A DNA stretch of 63,365 bases, filler included, from Globobulimina sp. (GCA_003354225.1; 34 parts of 34 records of this genome joined end to end with filler, not necessarily neighbours in it); one strand, 5' to 3'; positions 11,209 to 23,147 are shown, counted from the whole stretch's first letter. The notes: generated from the letters alone by a model not told the origin. Made by a program: numbers and translations.

Positions 11209-12937
11209 ATGGCAAAATCGGATGATGCCAACCATCTGAACTCCAATAACATACTATTCGCCAAATACAAGTTCTTGTGGCCAAACGGATGTTATTTATC
11301 TCGCAATAGCCTCGAAAGGATTGATCATAATATTTCTCCATATCACGTCGATCAATGAGATACGGAATATGGCCATGGCCATTACTGCCAACCACATTAT
11401 TATTCTGATTCTGATTCTGATTCCCACTCTGATTCCCACTCTGATGATGCACAGTATTTTTATTTTTATTTTCATTCTTCTGATTATTGTGTTTCATCCA
11501 CGACGGCGTGGATATGGCATTGGATAACAAGGCGCAACACAGACCACTCATTTCCAAGCAACCGCATAAGTATGATTTCGCAAAATATGCATCATTTTCA
11601 TAATCAGTTTGACATAATTTATAATGGTCTAAAGATAAGTGATATTGTTGAAATACAAAGGATAAATCCGCTAATTGTCTTATTTGCGATTGGATTGTAT
11701 GTAATTGATAGTCATTGTTGTTATTATGGCTGTTGGTGTCTTTATTGTTGGATTGGATCCATTTCTTGAAGGTGTTGATAGTGCCTCTTCGCTGCTTTGA
11801 GATGGATTGGTACAAAGTTGATATTTTCTTTTCGATGAATGGCATAATACCATAAATGCAGAAGTCAGACACAAACTGAGTTAAGACAGAGATGTCTTGG
11901 TCAGACAAATAAATCGCATGTTTTGTGGTTTTGTTATTAATATAATAATTTTTTGCTTTCGACCAGGATCTTTTGCAATGGATATTGTTATAGTTTTCAA
12001 TGATGGACTTTGGCAATGGATATGCCGCATTGTCATTGTTATCAATATCGAAGTGTTCCCACAAATCAATATTGTCATAATTTGCCTGAGTAAAACTATT
12101 TGAATTTATATGCAATAATTTGCAGGAGTTTCCATCAAATGATTTACAAACGTTTTGAAATAGGAATTGCACTCTCGATCGTAAGTCAATATCGTGTTTG
12201 TCGTGCAACAAAATGAACACTTTGTGCATGTCTGATGAGTAGATTCCATTTTTAAATTTTATGGCTAAATTGGATTTGGAGGATAGTTTTTTTAATTTTG
12301 CAACGGGATCGTCGTCGCGTGTCGAGGCAACATACATTATCGCAATGGGGGCGTCTAAAAATTCATAATCATTAAATCGCAGAGTGGATAGGAATTGTTT
12401 TTGGTACAATGAAAACCATGGAGTTGGATCAGGGTTTGATACGAAAAAATTATCAACATCTGATACTGAACATATTCGTAATGCATTATTGATATTTAAT
12501 TCAGTCTCTTTTGATTCGTTTGATTCTCCTCCGCCTCCTCGTCCTCCTTCTCCTTGCTTCTCTTGCTGTTGTTGCTGAGATTTTTGTTTTTTATGATTTC
12601 TTAAATGGGTCAGTTGTATTGGCGCATTTGGTGCCAATTTACGACAATATTCTGCTAAATAAATATCTGAGGCTTCTTGTGATATGGATGATATCTCATA
12701 TGTCGACACAAAGCGTAATGATAATGAGGTGATCTGTTTGGGCGGAATTGATTGTCCAGATTCTAACTTGTATGGATAAATACGTATATTATCCAATTGA
12801 CTAAATGGTTGTAATAATTGCACAAAATTTAAATTGTTTTTGGAACATATCTCCTCTACGCTAGGTGTTGTTGCACACATAACAACGGGACAATAACATC
12901 GCTTTACCCATTCTTCCAATTGAAAGTTATGCTGCAT
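11209..12937 (-). CDS. TRAPPC8: TRAPP III subunit TRAPPC8/Trs85, 3'-truncated
   Basis: PVVM..TPSVEEICSKNNLNFVQLLQPF, PTPWF, EFLDAPIAIMYVAST, QIRQLADLSF..Y, LEMSGLC. Confidence 0.88.
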
Positions 12938-13076
12938 TCTAAAATTGTAACTCAGCCACTCAAAAAAATGTCAGCCNNNNNNNNNNNNNNNNNNNNNNNN
13001 NNNNNNNNNNNNNNNNNNNNTTAATTAATTAANNNNNNNNNNNNNNNNNNNNNNNNNNNNNNNNNNNNNNNNNNNN

Positions 13077-14843
13077 GCAATTAATAACCGCACCCAATAT
13101 AATCTTTGAGCAAAAGCGTGGATGTTCTGGATTCTCTTTGGTCCCAACACACCAAACGTTGGCTGTACGATCAGTCGAACCGCTTAACACCAATTTACCA
13201 TTGGATTGAATGAAAGTAACATCAGAATAATGCCGACTGTTATTTGTAAAACATTCATGCAATACACGCGCATCTCTACCTGTTGCGTCTTCAAAGCAGC
13301 CATAAAATTTAGCATTCCAGACCCAACCTTGCCATTTGGAGTGCCGATTTTTAATATACCACCTCCAGTATCGAGCTGTTTTCTTGCTGCTCATCTCAAA
13401 CGTTTGTAGCTCAGAACTGCCTGCTTTTCCATTAAAAGAACCCACCGCAATCCACTTATCCTCTTGATCTGGGTCCGGATAATCACAGTACTCGATTCTA
13501 TATACATTAAACCGACAAAACAATGCATAAAACCGATGGAGAAAACAATTATTTTCATTTTTAACCTGAATTCATTGACGTCGTGCGTCTTATCGCCATG
13601 ACATTGAAACGCAAACTTATGAATTTCAACTTTTCGGTCAAAATCAAATACAGCCCAGGCAGGAGTCCATTGGCCTTCTGGCGCATTTATAGCATTCCAC
13701 ATTCCCTCCGACGAGAATAAATTTGCGGGGGTATCCTCGTGATATGAACCGCTGTTTGATAAATGGCGCGGCACTATTTCTCCGATGGCAATATTTAATT
13801 TAGGCATTGATGATGTCGTCCGTTTCCAAAATCGAATGCCACCGAAAGTATCCCCTGTAATTAAGTAGGTTCCATCTTCAGTCCACGTCATACTACAAAC
13901 TTGAATATCAACCTCATTTAAATTAAGTATCTGTGGCGATATAACACCATCAATATCTACCAAATGCATCTCTTTTTGGTCTGTGGCATATGCTAAAATA
14001 TTACCAATCGGATCAATTGCTGCATTGGTTATATTTCCTGATGAAACTGCGACTGCCATTGCTTCTGATTCTGATTTGTTATCATCGCTTAGGTCATCTT
14101 GTGGTCGTTTATTGATTTTAAATTCAGTAAATTCATCATTTTTGTATTGGATGGTATCCGTATCACCATTTGTTTCATTGCTTGTGCTTTTTATTAATAA
14201 TCTGATTTTCGACAGATTGGAAACATTGTTGATGTCTGAAATGTCATCGGCGACATACATTTCGCTGTATATATGTATTAGTTATTTATGTATTATGTAC
14301 TGTATATATATGTAGGTTTAACCTGTTTTTCCTTAAAATATATAGCTTTTCATCATGTTTTGGATCGATATAAAACTGTTTGATATCATGAAACATTTTA
14401 AATTGTTGAGTATCCATATTTTTTTGGGTTTGAGCACCTTCAGAATATATACCGCGAACAATATGAATGATACTGTTTGCTAAAACAATGATAAATTTTG
14501 AATCTTTAGTTATTTTTACTTTGACAGCGTTGTTATCAAATTTTTGTTCAAATATTAACTGTAAATCTCGAGTATCGATCGAATCGTTTGGATTAATACC
14601 TAAATGGCGTTGAGCTTCTTTAAAACGCGCAGCAAGAGAGCTATTTTCATGCATGAACAAATTCTCAGAATCCACTGTGCAGAATTTCCATAATTTAAAC
14701 ACGCCGGATATTGATAATGATGCAATAAGGCCTGATAGAGATGACCAGTCGATGCTGACTATGGAATTGTTATGATGTGCCGTGCTTCCTTCTGCTTTTT
14801 CTGTTTTATTCCATATCATATCATTTTTACTGTTTTTACTGTC
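13077..14843 (-). CDS. WD40-repeat protein with embedded F5/8 type C (discoidin-like) domain, internal fragment
   Basis: WD repeats (IVSIDWS, LITGDTFGGIRFW, LSGSTDRTANVW) and WAVFDF...TARYWRWYI; introns 14265-14322 and 13498-13565 join three ORFs in frame. Confidence 0.8.
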
Positions 14844-15267
14844 NNNNNNNNNNNNNNNNNNNNNNNNNNNNNNNNNNNNNNNNNNNNTTAATTAATTAAN
14901 NNNNNNNNNNNNNNNNNNNNNNNNNNNNNNNNNNNNNNNNNNNTGTTATTTATGAATGTCATATGGCTTCGTATCGAAAAAATCCGCTATGCCAAATATA
15001 AATCATTCCATTATCCAATTGGTGAGCTGAATGATCAGAAATAACATGTTATAATTGATATTATTATTATAGTACAGATCACATAGCAAATTCGTCTCTC
15101 ATTTCTTGTTTCTGTTTGGAATATCTGTTCTGTTGAATTTTCTTTCTCATTCCGCTCTCTCTCAATAAAAAAACATTTGCTGCATTGATAAAAATCCAAA
15201 TTCTGAATATAAAACAGCTACATACGATTTAAATGAATGTATTTATTCACAACGAATACTTTATGTA

Positions 15268-16070
15268 ATGAAAAATTATACAAATTGGATGCAATCAATC
15301 TCAACTAATTCAAATAATGGCTGCAATTCAGTGGTTGAATCACTCGCAACTTTAAACAAAAATTATAATAAAATAGCATTAATGAAAGTTTTTGTTCATA
15401 TTCAAAAATATCATTTCACACAACATAGCAAAAAACATTTCAACTCTTCCACGCTACATAAAAATAAACAACATGCTGACAATTGCAAAATAAACCATCG
15501 CCATAGAAATAGAGAATATCAAATGCAAACAACAGACGATTGGTTCAATATTTAGATATGATTCATAATACATTTTATCATGGCACCCTATCAAAATCAA
15601 CCAAATTTGTTACAAATGTGTCCAAATTGGAAGAAAAACAGCAACAAATTCCAGAATACATATATCCAAAATACGTATTTGGAGCAGGACCATCGCATCC
15701 AAACCCACAAGATTTCAAACATGCAAATTTAAAAGAAGAGTTTTTGAATAATAGCATACATTCACTACCAATCAATGACTTTCATTGTTTGATGCCAATC
15801 GATTGCCAGTTGCTAAACGAACATATTTTGATACATTGCGGTGATATTATGACATTGGAACATATTATTTGTGTAATGAGCTATTGCAATTTTGATAACT
15901 TACAAAGTGAATATAAAAAAGCTCTGAGAATTGCTATTTCAAAAAATGATGTTCAATTACGATATAATGACATTGCAATATGGCTGACAAAATTAAAGGA
16001 ATGTATTTGAAGAAAATGAAAAAGTATATCATGGCATCTCCATTAAAGTAAATGTTGTCATGGAAAATTA
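15268..16070 (+). pseudogene. Frameshifted member of a lineage-expanded family (shared with 44813-45678 and 50411-50661)
   Basis: LDMIHNTFYH, HANLKEEFLNN, ICVMSYCNFDNLQ, WLTKLKECI, then KVYHGIS in another frame; at least two frame breaks. Confidence 0.6.
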
Positions 16071-16810
16071 ATGGATTCAATAAATGAATCCGATATTTAT
16101 GAATGTTGTTTAGAGTCAGATGGAAATGAGAGTGGAATAGGTTTAGTATTTTATTGTTTAATATCAAAGATCAGATAATAATCTTTATTTTGGAGTAGTT
16201 GTGAAATCAATGTCAAATACTTTATTTTCTGCTGTATTAATTCATGGCATATGGTTTCCTCAAATACAGTATCAACATTGGGAGGGTTATAAAATAACAA
16301 ATGGGAATTTGAATGGTGGCACACGCCGTATTGGAATGTACAGATTTGAAAAAGTTGACCATATTACTGTACAGATTGCTGTAAGTTGACCATAATAATG
16401 TGAAACAATAATCGAAAAAAAGAGAGTCAAACACATTTAGTTAACTCCGCAATGTCGTCGTTCGCCAAACTGAAAAACGTTCATTCCAATTCTCATTTAT
16501 AAAGCCAAGTGTTTCCTTTGTATTCTTACCTGACTTGTGCAATTATCAAGGTATATCCGCCTTGGAGCGGGGGAACTATTCCGCCGCAGTCGCCTACGCT
16601 AAACAGCATCTGACGCGGTAGATTCGGCAATATCGGCAGGTCCGCTGGGTTTCAAACGTTGTAGTCGGTAACATTATCCATTGTCAACGGAAATTCAGAT
16701 AGATTGAATGNNNNNNNNNNNNNNNNNNNNNNNNNNNNNNNNNNNNNNNNNNNNTTAATTAATTAANNNNNNNNNNNNNNNNNNNNNNNNNNNNNNNNNN
16801 NNNNNNNNNN

Positions 16811-17625
16811 TCCTAGTGTTTTTTCATCATTCTCATATTCATCCTTATGTTTACCGAACTGTTTTATAGCAAATGTTAGGTTCAATTCATGCGCAATGTT
16901 GCTAAAAAGAGTGTTTTTATATTGTTTGACCGCATTATAGCTTGAAATCAATGCATCGAACATAATTTTATGAATTATCTGCGCAATGAAATATTTCTGC
17001 CAAGTGGGGTATTTTGCTTTTATTAATTGTTTGAGCTGCGTGCAAGTGTCCGCATGTTGTTGGTCGCGAATGGATTGGTATTTCAATAATGTTTCGTCCA
17101 CGGTCGGCAATTTCTGGTTGACATCGACTATGCTGGTCATCGATAAAATGGTTTGTTGAGCATTGGCTAAATCAAGCTTGAGAGCTTGGGTTAGTTTCTC
17201 GTTGGTTGCTATGGTATTGTTTAAAGATTGGATGCTCAGGTTTTGTGTGGTTAAGTTTTGTATTTGTGATTGGAGTTGTTTTATGGTGGCAAGATTTTTA
17301 GATTGATTTGATAATAAATCAGCTGCCATTTTGGCACGTTTTGCATTCTCTGTTTGGAGATCACTATTTTTATGTTTTAGGATTTCTTGCCCTTTTAATA
17401 ATTGGTCGTATTGAGCTTTGAGTTCATTGTATTTGCGATCTGTTTGCGCTGCATATTGTGAAGGAACTGTGCCAGTTGACGCAGATTTACTTCTTAGAGA
17501 TGGATTGGATAATTTATTGCTTGGGTCTTCTGTCGGTGAATTGCTATTTAATGTTGATTGTGTCTGTTAGTTTTGTGTGTTATGTGTGTTAAAAGACAGA
17601 GTAACGTTGACGTGGATTGACCCAT
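16811..17625 (-). CDS. Coiled-coil protein, paralog of 17682-18212, 3'-truncated
   Basis: Frame stays open well upstream of 17329; likely start MGQSTS (myristoylation-like) at 17625 with a short intron; shares LK.DL..AQ..IL.MT..V.V.Q.LPTV.ET....IR with its neighbour. Confidence 0.65.
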
Positions 17626-17681
17626 GAAGCGAGAAGGAGTTTAAAAACTTTTCAGCAGAGTGACTAGCTTAATAAACAGTG

Positions 17682-18212
17682 ATGCTGTACATGTCGCAAC
17701 AAATCATACCTAATAGTTCCACAGCATGGAGAGGAAAGGTAAACGCATTGGAGCAACAAAATGCAACTTTATCCAACATGTATGAAGAGATATTATTGAA
17801 ATATACGCAAGTATATGAAGAATGCAATAAATATAAACGATTAACAACCAAATACAAAAATCTTTATATAAATCTTCAAACAAACTCCACATCTCCAGAT
17901 CTACCATATGATGTATGTAATAACCATTTAATTTACCACACACAAACAAGGATGTTATTATATAACTAATAGTCTGCTTCGATAGTAAACCATAACAATA
18001 ATAACAAGATGATTAATTACAACAAATCTCTTGAATCAAGCATATCTAAATTAAAACAAGAAAAATCAGAGCATATAGCAATAATATCCCAATTAAAAAA
18101 CGATTTATCATCGGCGCAACGTGATATATTAGCAATGACCAATGTTGTCGGGGTAACGCAAACCTTGCCGACTGTACAAGAAACAATGAGTATATTTCAC
18201 AATATTCGCGAA
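17682..18212 (+). CDS. Coiled-coil protein with intron 17913-17972
   Basis: GTATGT...CTAATAG intron joins ORFs 17679 and 18009 in frame; clear paralogy to the divergent neighbour. Confidence 0.7.
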
Positions 18213-18577
18213 GGCTATTCACCCGGCAAAGCTTCTTTATTGTCCGTAGCGCATTACAGAAAGCCATTGACTGCTGGTATTTTGACTACTATTTCGGCTT
18301 TTGTACCTATGCTATTGGTAAGTGGTATTTTGGGAGAGTATTTGAGAATATTCCCAATCACCATAGCCATTATTTTGTTTTCATCTTTGTTTGTTTCTTT
18401 GGTCTTGGTACCAGCAGTATCTCGAATGTACTTGGTCAAACGCAAGCTAGCAAAAAAACATAGTATCTTAGAAAAATATTTGACCAATCGTTTGCGCGCT
18501 TGGTATCGCAAAAAAATTGTAAAGTTTTTGCAAGATAAAAAAGCCAAGATAAAAATGGTTGTTACTCTGACAGTTTT
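18213..18577 (+). CDS. Bacterial RND efflux permease (AcrB/AcrD/AcrF family) fragment
   Basis: PLTAGILTTISAFVPMLLVSGILGEYLRIFPITIAIILFSSLFVSLVLVPA matches the RND TM5-TM6 pattern. Confidence 0.85.
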
Positions 18578-18677
18578 NNNNNNNNNNNNNNNNNNNNNNN
18601 NNNNNNNNNNNNNNNNNNNNNTTAATTAATTAANNNNNNNNNNNNNNNNNNNNNNNNNNNNNNNNNNNNNNNNNNNN

Positions 18678-19376
18678 TGCCATTTGGGCTGTGGGCGGTT
18701 CAAACAAAGCCATGCTTTGCAGCATTTTATGAAATCGGAGCATTCGTTTTGTGTCAATTTGCAGACATTGTCGGTGTGGGATTATGTCAATGATGTGTGG
18801 CAACATCGGCTATTTCAAAAACGAAGTTTTCTATGCAACGAAATGCGGAGACATCGACAAAGAATTAAGCAAAATGCAACGCCCAATGGAGGCTCTGATA
18901 ATATTAACGATGAGGAAGTGGCGCAGCAACAACCTTTGGATGAATATTCTCGCATTCATGTTATGGCAAAGTTGGATAATGTCCGCGAATATTATAATAG
19001 ATTGTTGCTGGATGTCATACAGCAACAATCTCAATGTTACGATGAACAAATGAGGAAAATCAAGAAGGAGCATGATAAGAAATATAAGGAGAAAAAGCGA
19101 ATGATCGAGAAATTAAAACAAGAGAGTTATAAATGTGATAAACAAAAAGAAGCGATTGAACTTTGGGCTAAAATTCAAGAAATGAGACAGAAGAATGAAT
19201 TGAAAAAGAAGGAATTTCAAAACACTGTCAATAAAACAAGGACTCATAAAAAGGAACGTGAACTGCTTAAAAATAAATATGATAAAAAGGAACAAATACT
19301 GAGACAACAAAAAAATAAACAAAAGCAAGCAGTGCAAAAAGACATTGATGCGGCGTTAGCTCAAATGACACAGTGA
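18678..19376 (+). CDS. BRAP: BRAP/ETP1-like ubiquitin ligase C-terminal part (ZnF-UBP plus coiled coil)
   Basis: GCGRF..HA..HF...H......VWDY..D...HRL, then KLD...EYY..LL...QQQ...Y coiled coil. Confidence 0.8.
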   Translation, partial: CHLGCGRFKQSHALQHFMKSEHSFCVNLQTLSVWDYVNDVWQHRLFQKRSFLCNEMRRHRQRIKQNATPNGGSDNINDEEVAQQQPLDEYSRIHVMAKLDNVREYYNRLLLDVIQQQSQCYDEQMRKIKKEHDKKYKEKKRMIEKLKQESYKCDKQKEAIELWAKIQEMRQKNELKKKEFQNTVNKTRTHKKERELLKNKYDKKEQILRQQKNKQKQAVQKDIDAALAQMTQ

Positions 19377-19422
19377 GTCATTTAAAAGTTTTTTTTAATT
19401 TTCTTCAGTTTACGTACTAATC

Positions 19423-20310
19423 ATGGCACACCTTTTTATTGACCACACGGAGAAAATTGCATTGACTTCAGACACTGAAAGGAATGTCAACCAACATATA
19501 ACAAATTGTTGATTAAATGAAGGCGCTGGTTATGATTCACGAAATGACACTCAAAATGCAATAATCTCACCAAATAAACACACAAATAAAATAATTATAA
19601 TCATAATCATACTATTATCATTACTATTATATTGTGCAAGTGGTGTAACATATTTATTATTTCTAAGCTCAAATAGTAATTGTCAATGCCCACAATCCAT
19701 AATCGCACCCTTATCATCTACGTCAATGGTAAATGTTACAAAAACTCCAACAACACGAACCCCAACAACTGGACCACCAACATACACACATTTTGTTGGC
19801 GATTATAAAATCTCATCGCAAAATACATCGCATGATAATTGGTTGTTATGTGATGGTACTTTTATTGATCCAACTCATCATATAAACTTATTTAATTTGA
19901 TTGGATATTCATTTGGCTCAAAGTTAGATGGAAGCGTATTATTATTTGCTTTGCCCGATGGTCAAAACCAAATTGTGGGAATAAATGGTGATAGACATAA
20001 GATTGGAGATAAGATTGGCAAAAGAAACATGAGTTTAAATATTACGCATATTCCATCACATTCACATTTAACAGCACATCATGGAGAATGTAAAAATACG
20101 CACGGATATTCTGAGAATGAACCATATTTATCGCAAAGTTGCGGACTATTAAAAAATTCAATTTATGCATATTCTTTGACCACTACCGCATCAGCACCTG
20201 ACTCAATACAAACGAGTTATATTGGAAATGGTAACAGCTTTGGATTGCATCAGCCAACAATATTTATTGGTAACTTATTTATTTATGTTGGCAATCATTC
20301 CCTTGCATAA
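19423..20310 (+). CDS. Phage tail-collar-domain protein with TM anchor and Thr/Pro stalk; in-frame TGA at 19510-19512
   Basis: VGDYK...WLLCDG...LFNLIGYSFG...FALPD...G...L...IPSHSH...HQPT...FIY; the same frame upstream of 19726 encodes IIIIIIILLSLLLYCASGVTYLLFL. Confidence 0.8.
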
Positions 20311-20818
20311 TTTAGCTCAAGTCCACCTGGACGGAAGTTCAACTGTTCAACACCATATCCCATACAAGCCTTTGCAATCTAGTCACAATTTTGGTGATCT
20401 GACATCAACTTTTGGAGTTGATCGCTCACCACAATAAATTAGCTNNNNNNNNNNNNNNNNNNNNNNNNNNNNNNNNNNNNNNNNNNNNTTAATTAATTAA
20501 NNNNNNNNNNNNNNNNNNNNNNNNNNNNNNNNNNNNNNNNNNNNCAACTCTTCAAAATATCTTCAAAAAATTCACCATCTCCACCATGCTGGTCGAGCAT
20601 TGCTGGAAATAGTAGATCAAAATAAGAAGTTTGTTTTTACTTTTTGTATATAGCAATTTGTAATATGCTTCAAAATACGAGAAGAAACGAAACGGAACAA
20701 AAAACATCGACAACCAACCAAAAAAAAAAAAAAACACACACCAAAAAAAAATAAAATAATAATGCAATACAAAAAACAATATCATCCATTCCATCAACAC
20801 ATAACAATTACAACTTAC

Positions 20819-22311
20819 TCAGAACACCGAATCAAAATCATCCTTTGGATCAATAACCTTCGCGTCGTCATCATCAATTTCAATCTGCTGAAAATTGCTG
20901 AAATCCGTATTCGACTTCACTTTGTTAATAATGGGTGCCGGCATCTGCCCGCTTAGCAACTTGCCATAATCAAAGTTCTTATACCAAATATGCTTCCGGA
21001 TGTTATCCGCGCCGCCCTTCAAGACTCCCAATCTCCGCGTCGGTTTATTATGCAATAATCCACGAATCAAATCGCGTACTTCCTGGCTGAAATAGCGCGG
21101 AAAGCGTATGCGGCCGCGGATGATTTTGCGATATGTCTCGATGGCTTCGTCCGCCACGAACGGCGGGAACGAGGCCAACATCTCATAGATTAATATGCCT
21201 AACGTCCACCAGTCGCACCCCTTGCCGTGGCCCTGTCCGGTCACTATCTCTGGGCACAGATAATCCGGCGTACCGCATAACGTATACGTCTTCCCCGCGC
21301 CGTCCCCGCTGCTGTTCAATTTCTTGGCAAACCCAAAGTCTGTGTATGCAATATGCAAAGTATACGATTCACATTGCAGTGCAGTGCAGTGACAAACCAG
21401 CAATTTTCAAATAGCCGCGGGAGTCCAACACCAAATTCTCGGGCTTGAGGTCTCTGTAAATAATATCTAAGGAATGCATATAAGCAAAGCCTTCGCAGAC
21501 CGACGCAGCATAAAACCGCGCAGTCGGCTCGTTGAAATAGCGCCGACTGCGCAGGATCGTAAATAGCTCACCGCCCAAACACACGTCCAACAAAAAGTAA
21601 ACGCGCAATTTGTCCTTGTAAGTCACATGCAAATTGACCAAGAATTTGCACGTCAATTCATCCATCACCAACTTCTCCGAAATGATATGTTTCTGTAGTT
21701 CCAACTCAATCACTTGATGCTTCTTAATTGCCTTCAATGCGTACGTCAAACCTGTCGAATTTGACTATTTTCACTGCAAAAAAGAAAATAATTTCGCCTC
21801 AAACCTGTGTGCGGATCTTGCACCAAAGTGACTAATCCAAAGCCGCCTTTTCCTAACACGCCAATCGTGACTAAGTCCTTCAAACCGCAGATATTCATCT
21901 CTTTTTTCGCCGCTTTGTCAGAATTTGAACTCCTTTTCGGTTTCCCCAGACTCGCTTTCTTATCCACCACCATCGAGCTATTCCGCTTATACTCATTGAT
22001 CTTATCGTCGATCTGCGACAAAACGGGCCCCAACAACTGCTCAAATTCGCTGCCATTCATACTGAGCAACAGCGTCTCCTCCGCCGTGGCCACAGATATC
22101 GTGGCAGCGCGCGCATCTTTTGTACGCAACGCGCGTTCCCCGAAAAACTGCCCAGCGCACAAATAGCCCGACTCGCCCGTCGACTGCTTGCTCCATTTGA
22201 TTTTGCCCTTCTTTATGATGTAGAACTTGTCCCCGACGTCGCCTTCGGAGAATATAATGTGTCCGCTCTGGTTCACATAAGATATCTCGTCCAACGCATC
22301 ACCCAAATAAG
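20819..22311 (-). CDS. cGMP-dependent protein kinase, C-terminal part (cNMP domain plus AGC kinase)
   Basis: FGERAL...RAATI; LGKGGFGLV; YRDLKPEN; DFG rebuilt across intron 21340-21397; second intron 21752-21804; TLCGTPDYLCPE. Confidence 0.93.
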
Positions 22312-22694
22312 NNNNNNNNNNNNNNNNNNNNNNNNNNNNNNNNNNNNNNNNNNNNTTAATTAATTAANNNNNNNNNNNNNNNNNNNNNNNNNNNNNNNNN
22401 NNNNNNNNNNNCCATACCAATACCAATCTTCTTTCCATTCATTCATTTTAACATAATGATCGCGTATGTTATAAAAGCTGCAATTCAAATAAAAGTTTAA
22501 AAGTATTATGCTTTGTACAATGGCAGCGTTTTAAACTCAGAGAACTTGAATACAATTGCTGAAAATTACAGAGGTCGGAAAATTAAAAACTAGGTGCACA
22601 TATATTTTTGTATACCAAATCTATAAACGGTACACATAAATATACGGATTAGATAATTTATTTTCGAATATTGTCAAAATATTATAATAATTTA

Positions 22695-23147
22695 TTATCT
22701 ATCACTGTGATGTAGGAGATGTACATTGGATGTTTTAGTTTGTTTTTGTGCAGTTTCAGAGTCACTGTCGTAATTTCCAAACACTTGCTCTTGTAAAAGC
22801 GATATTAAATTGGCCATATTTCCCGTTTGTTGTTGTATTTCAGCAATTTTATTTTTGAGGTTTCTATTTTCATTCTTTAATGTGTCAATATCACTATCTG
22901 TTTCATTATTTTTTTCATTTTGTGTACCAACAACGTTTTGTATTGATTTATCTGTGTTTATTCCTAATTGATCTGTATATCTTTTCATTGATAAACGTAA
23001 CGGATCTAACATTTGACGGACTCTTTTGAATTCAACATTTGTTTCTTCGATATCATTTTTTTGGCAATGTAATTGTTTTTGTATTTCTTTCACTTTATCA
23101 CGAATATTCATTGCTGATGGAACTGGTGAACTCAATGGAGATTCCAT
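22695..23147 (-). CDS. Small coiled-coil protein
   Basis: 150-aa ORF with heptad-like composition. Confidence 0.55.
   Translation of the reverse strand: MESPLSSPVPSAMNIRDKVKEIQKQLHCQKNDIEETNVEFKRVRQMLDPLRLSMKRYTDQLGINTDKSIQNVVGTQNEKNNETDSDIDTLKNENRNLKNKIAEIQQQTGNMANLISLLQEQVFGNYDSDSETAQKQTKTSNVHLLHHSDR

Noticed and set aside
16550-16578. GGTATATCCGCCTTGGAGCGGGGGAACTA resembles a type I-E CRISPR repeat
   Set aside because: Single copy, several mismatches, no spacers or cas genes, and it reads as plausible coding sequence.
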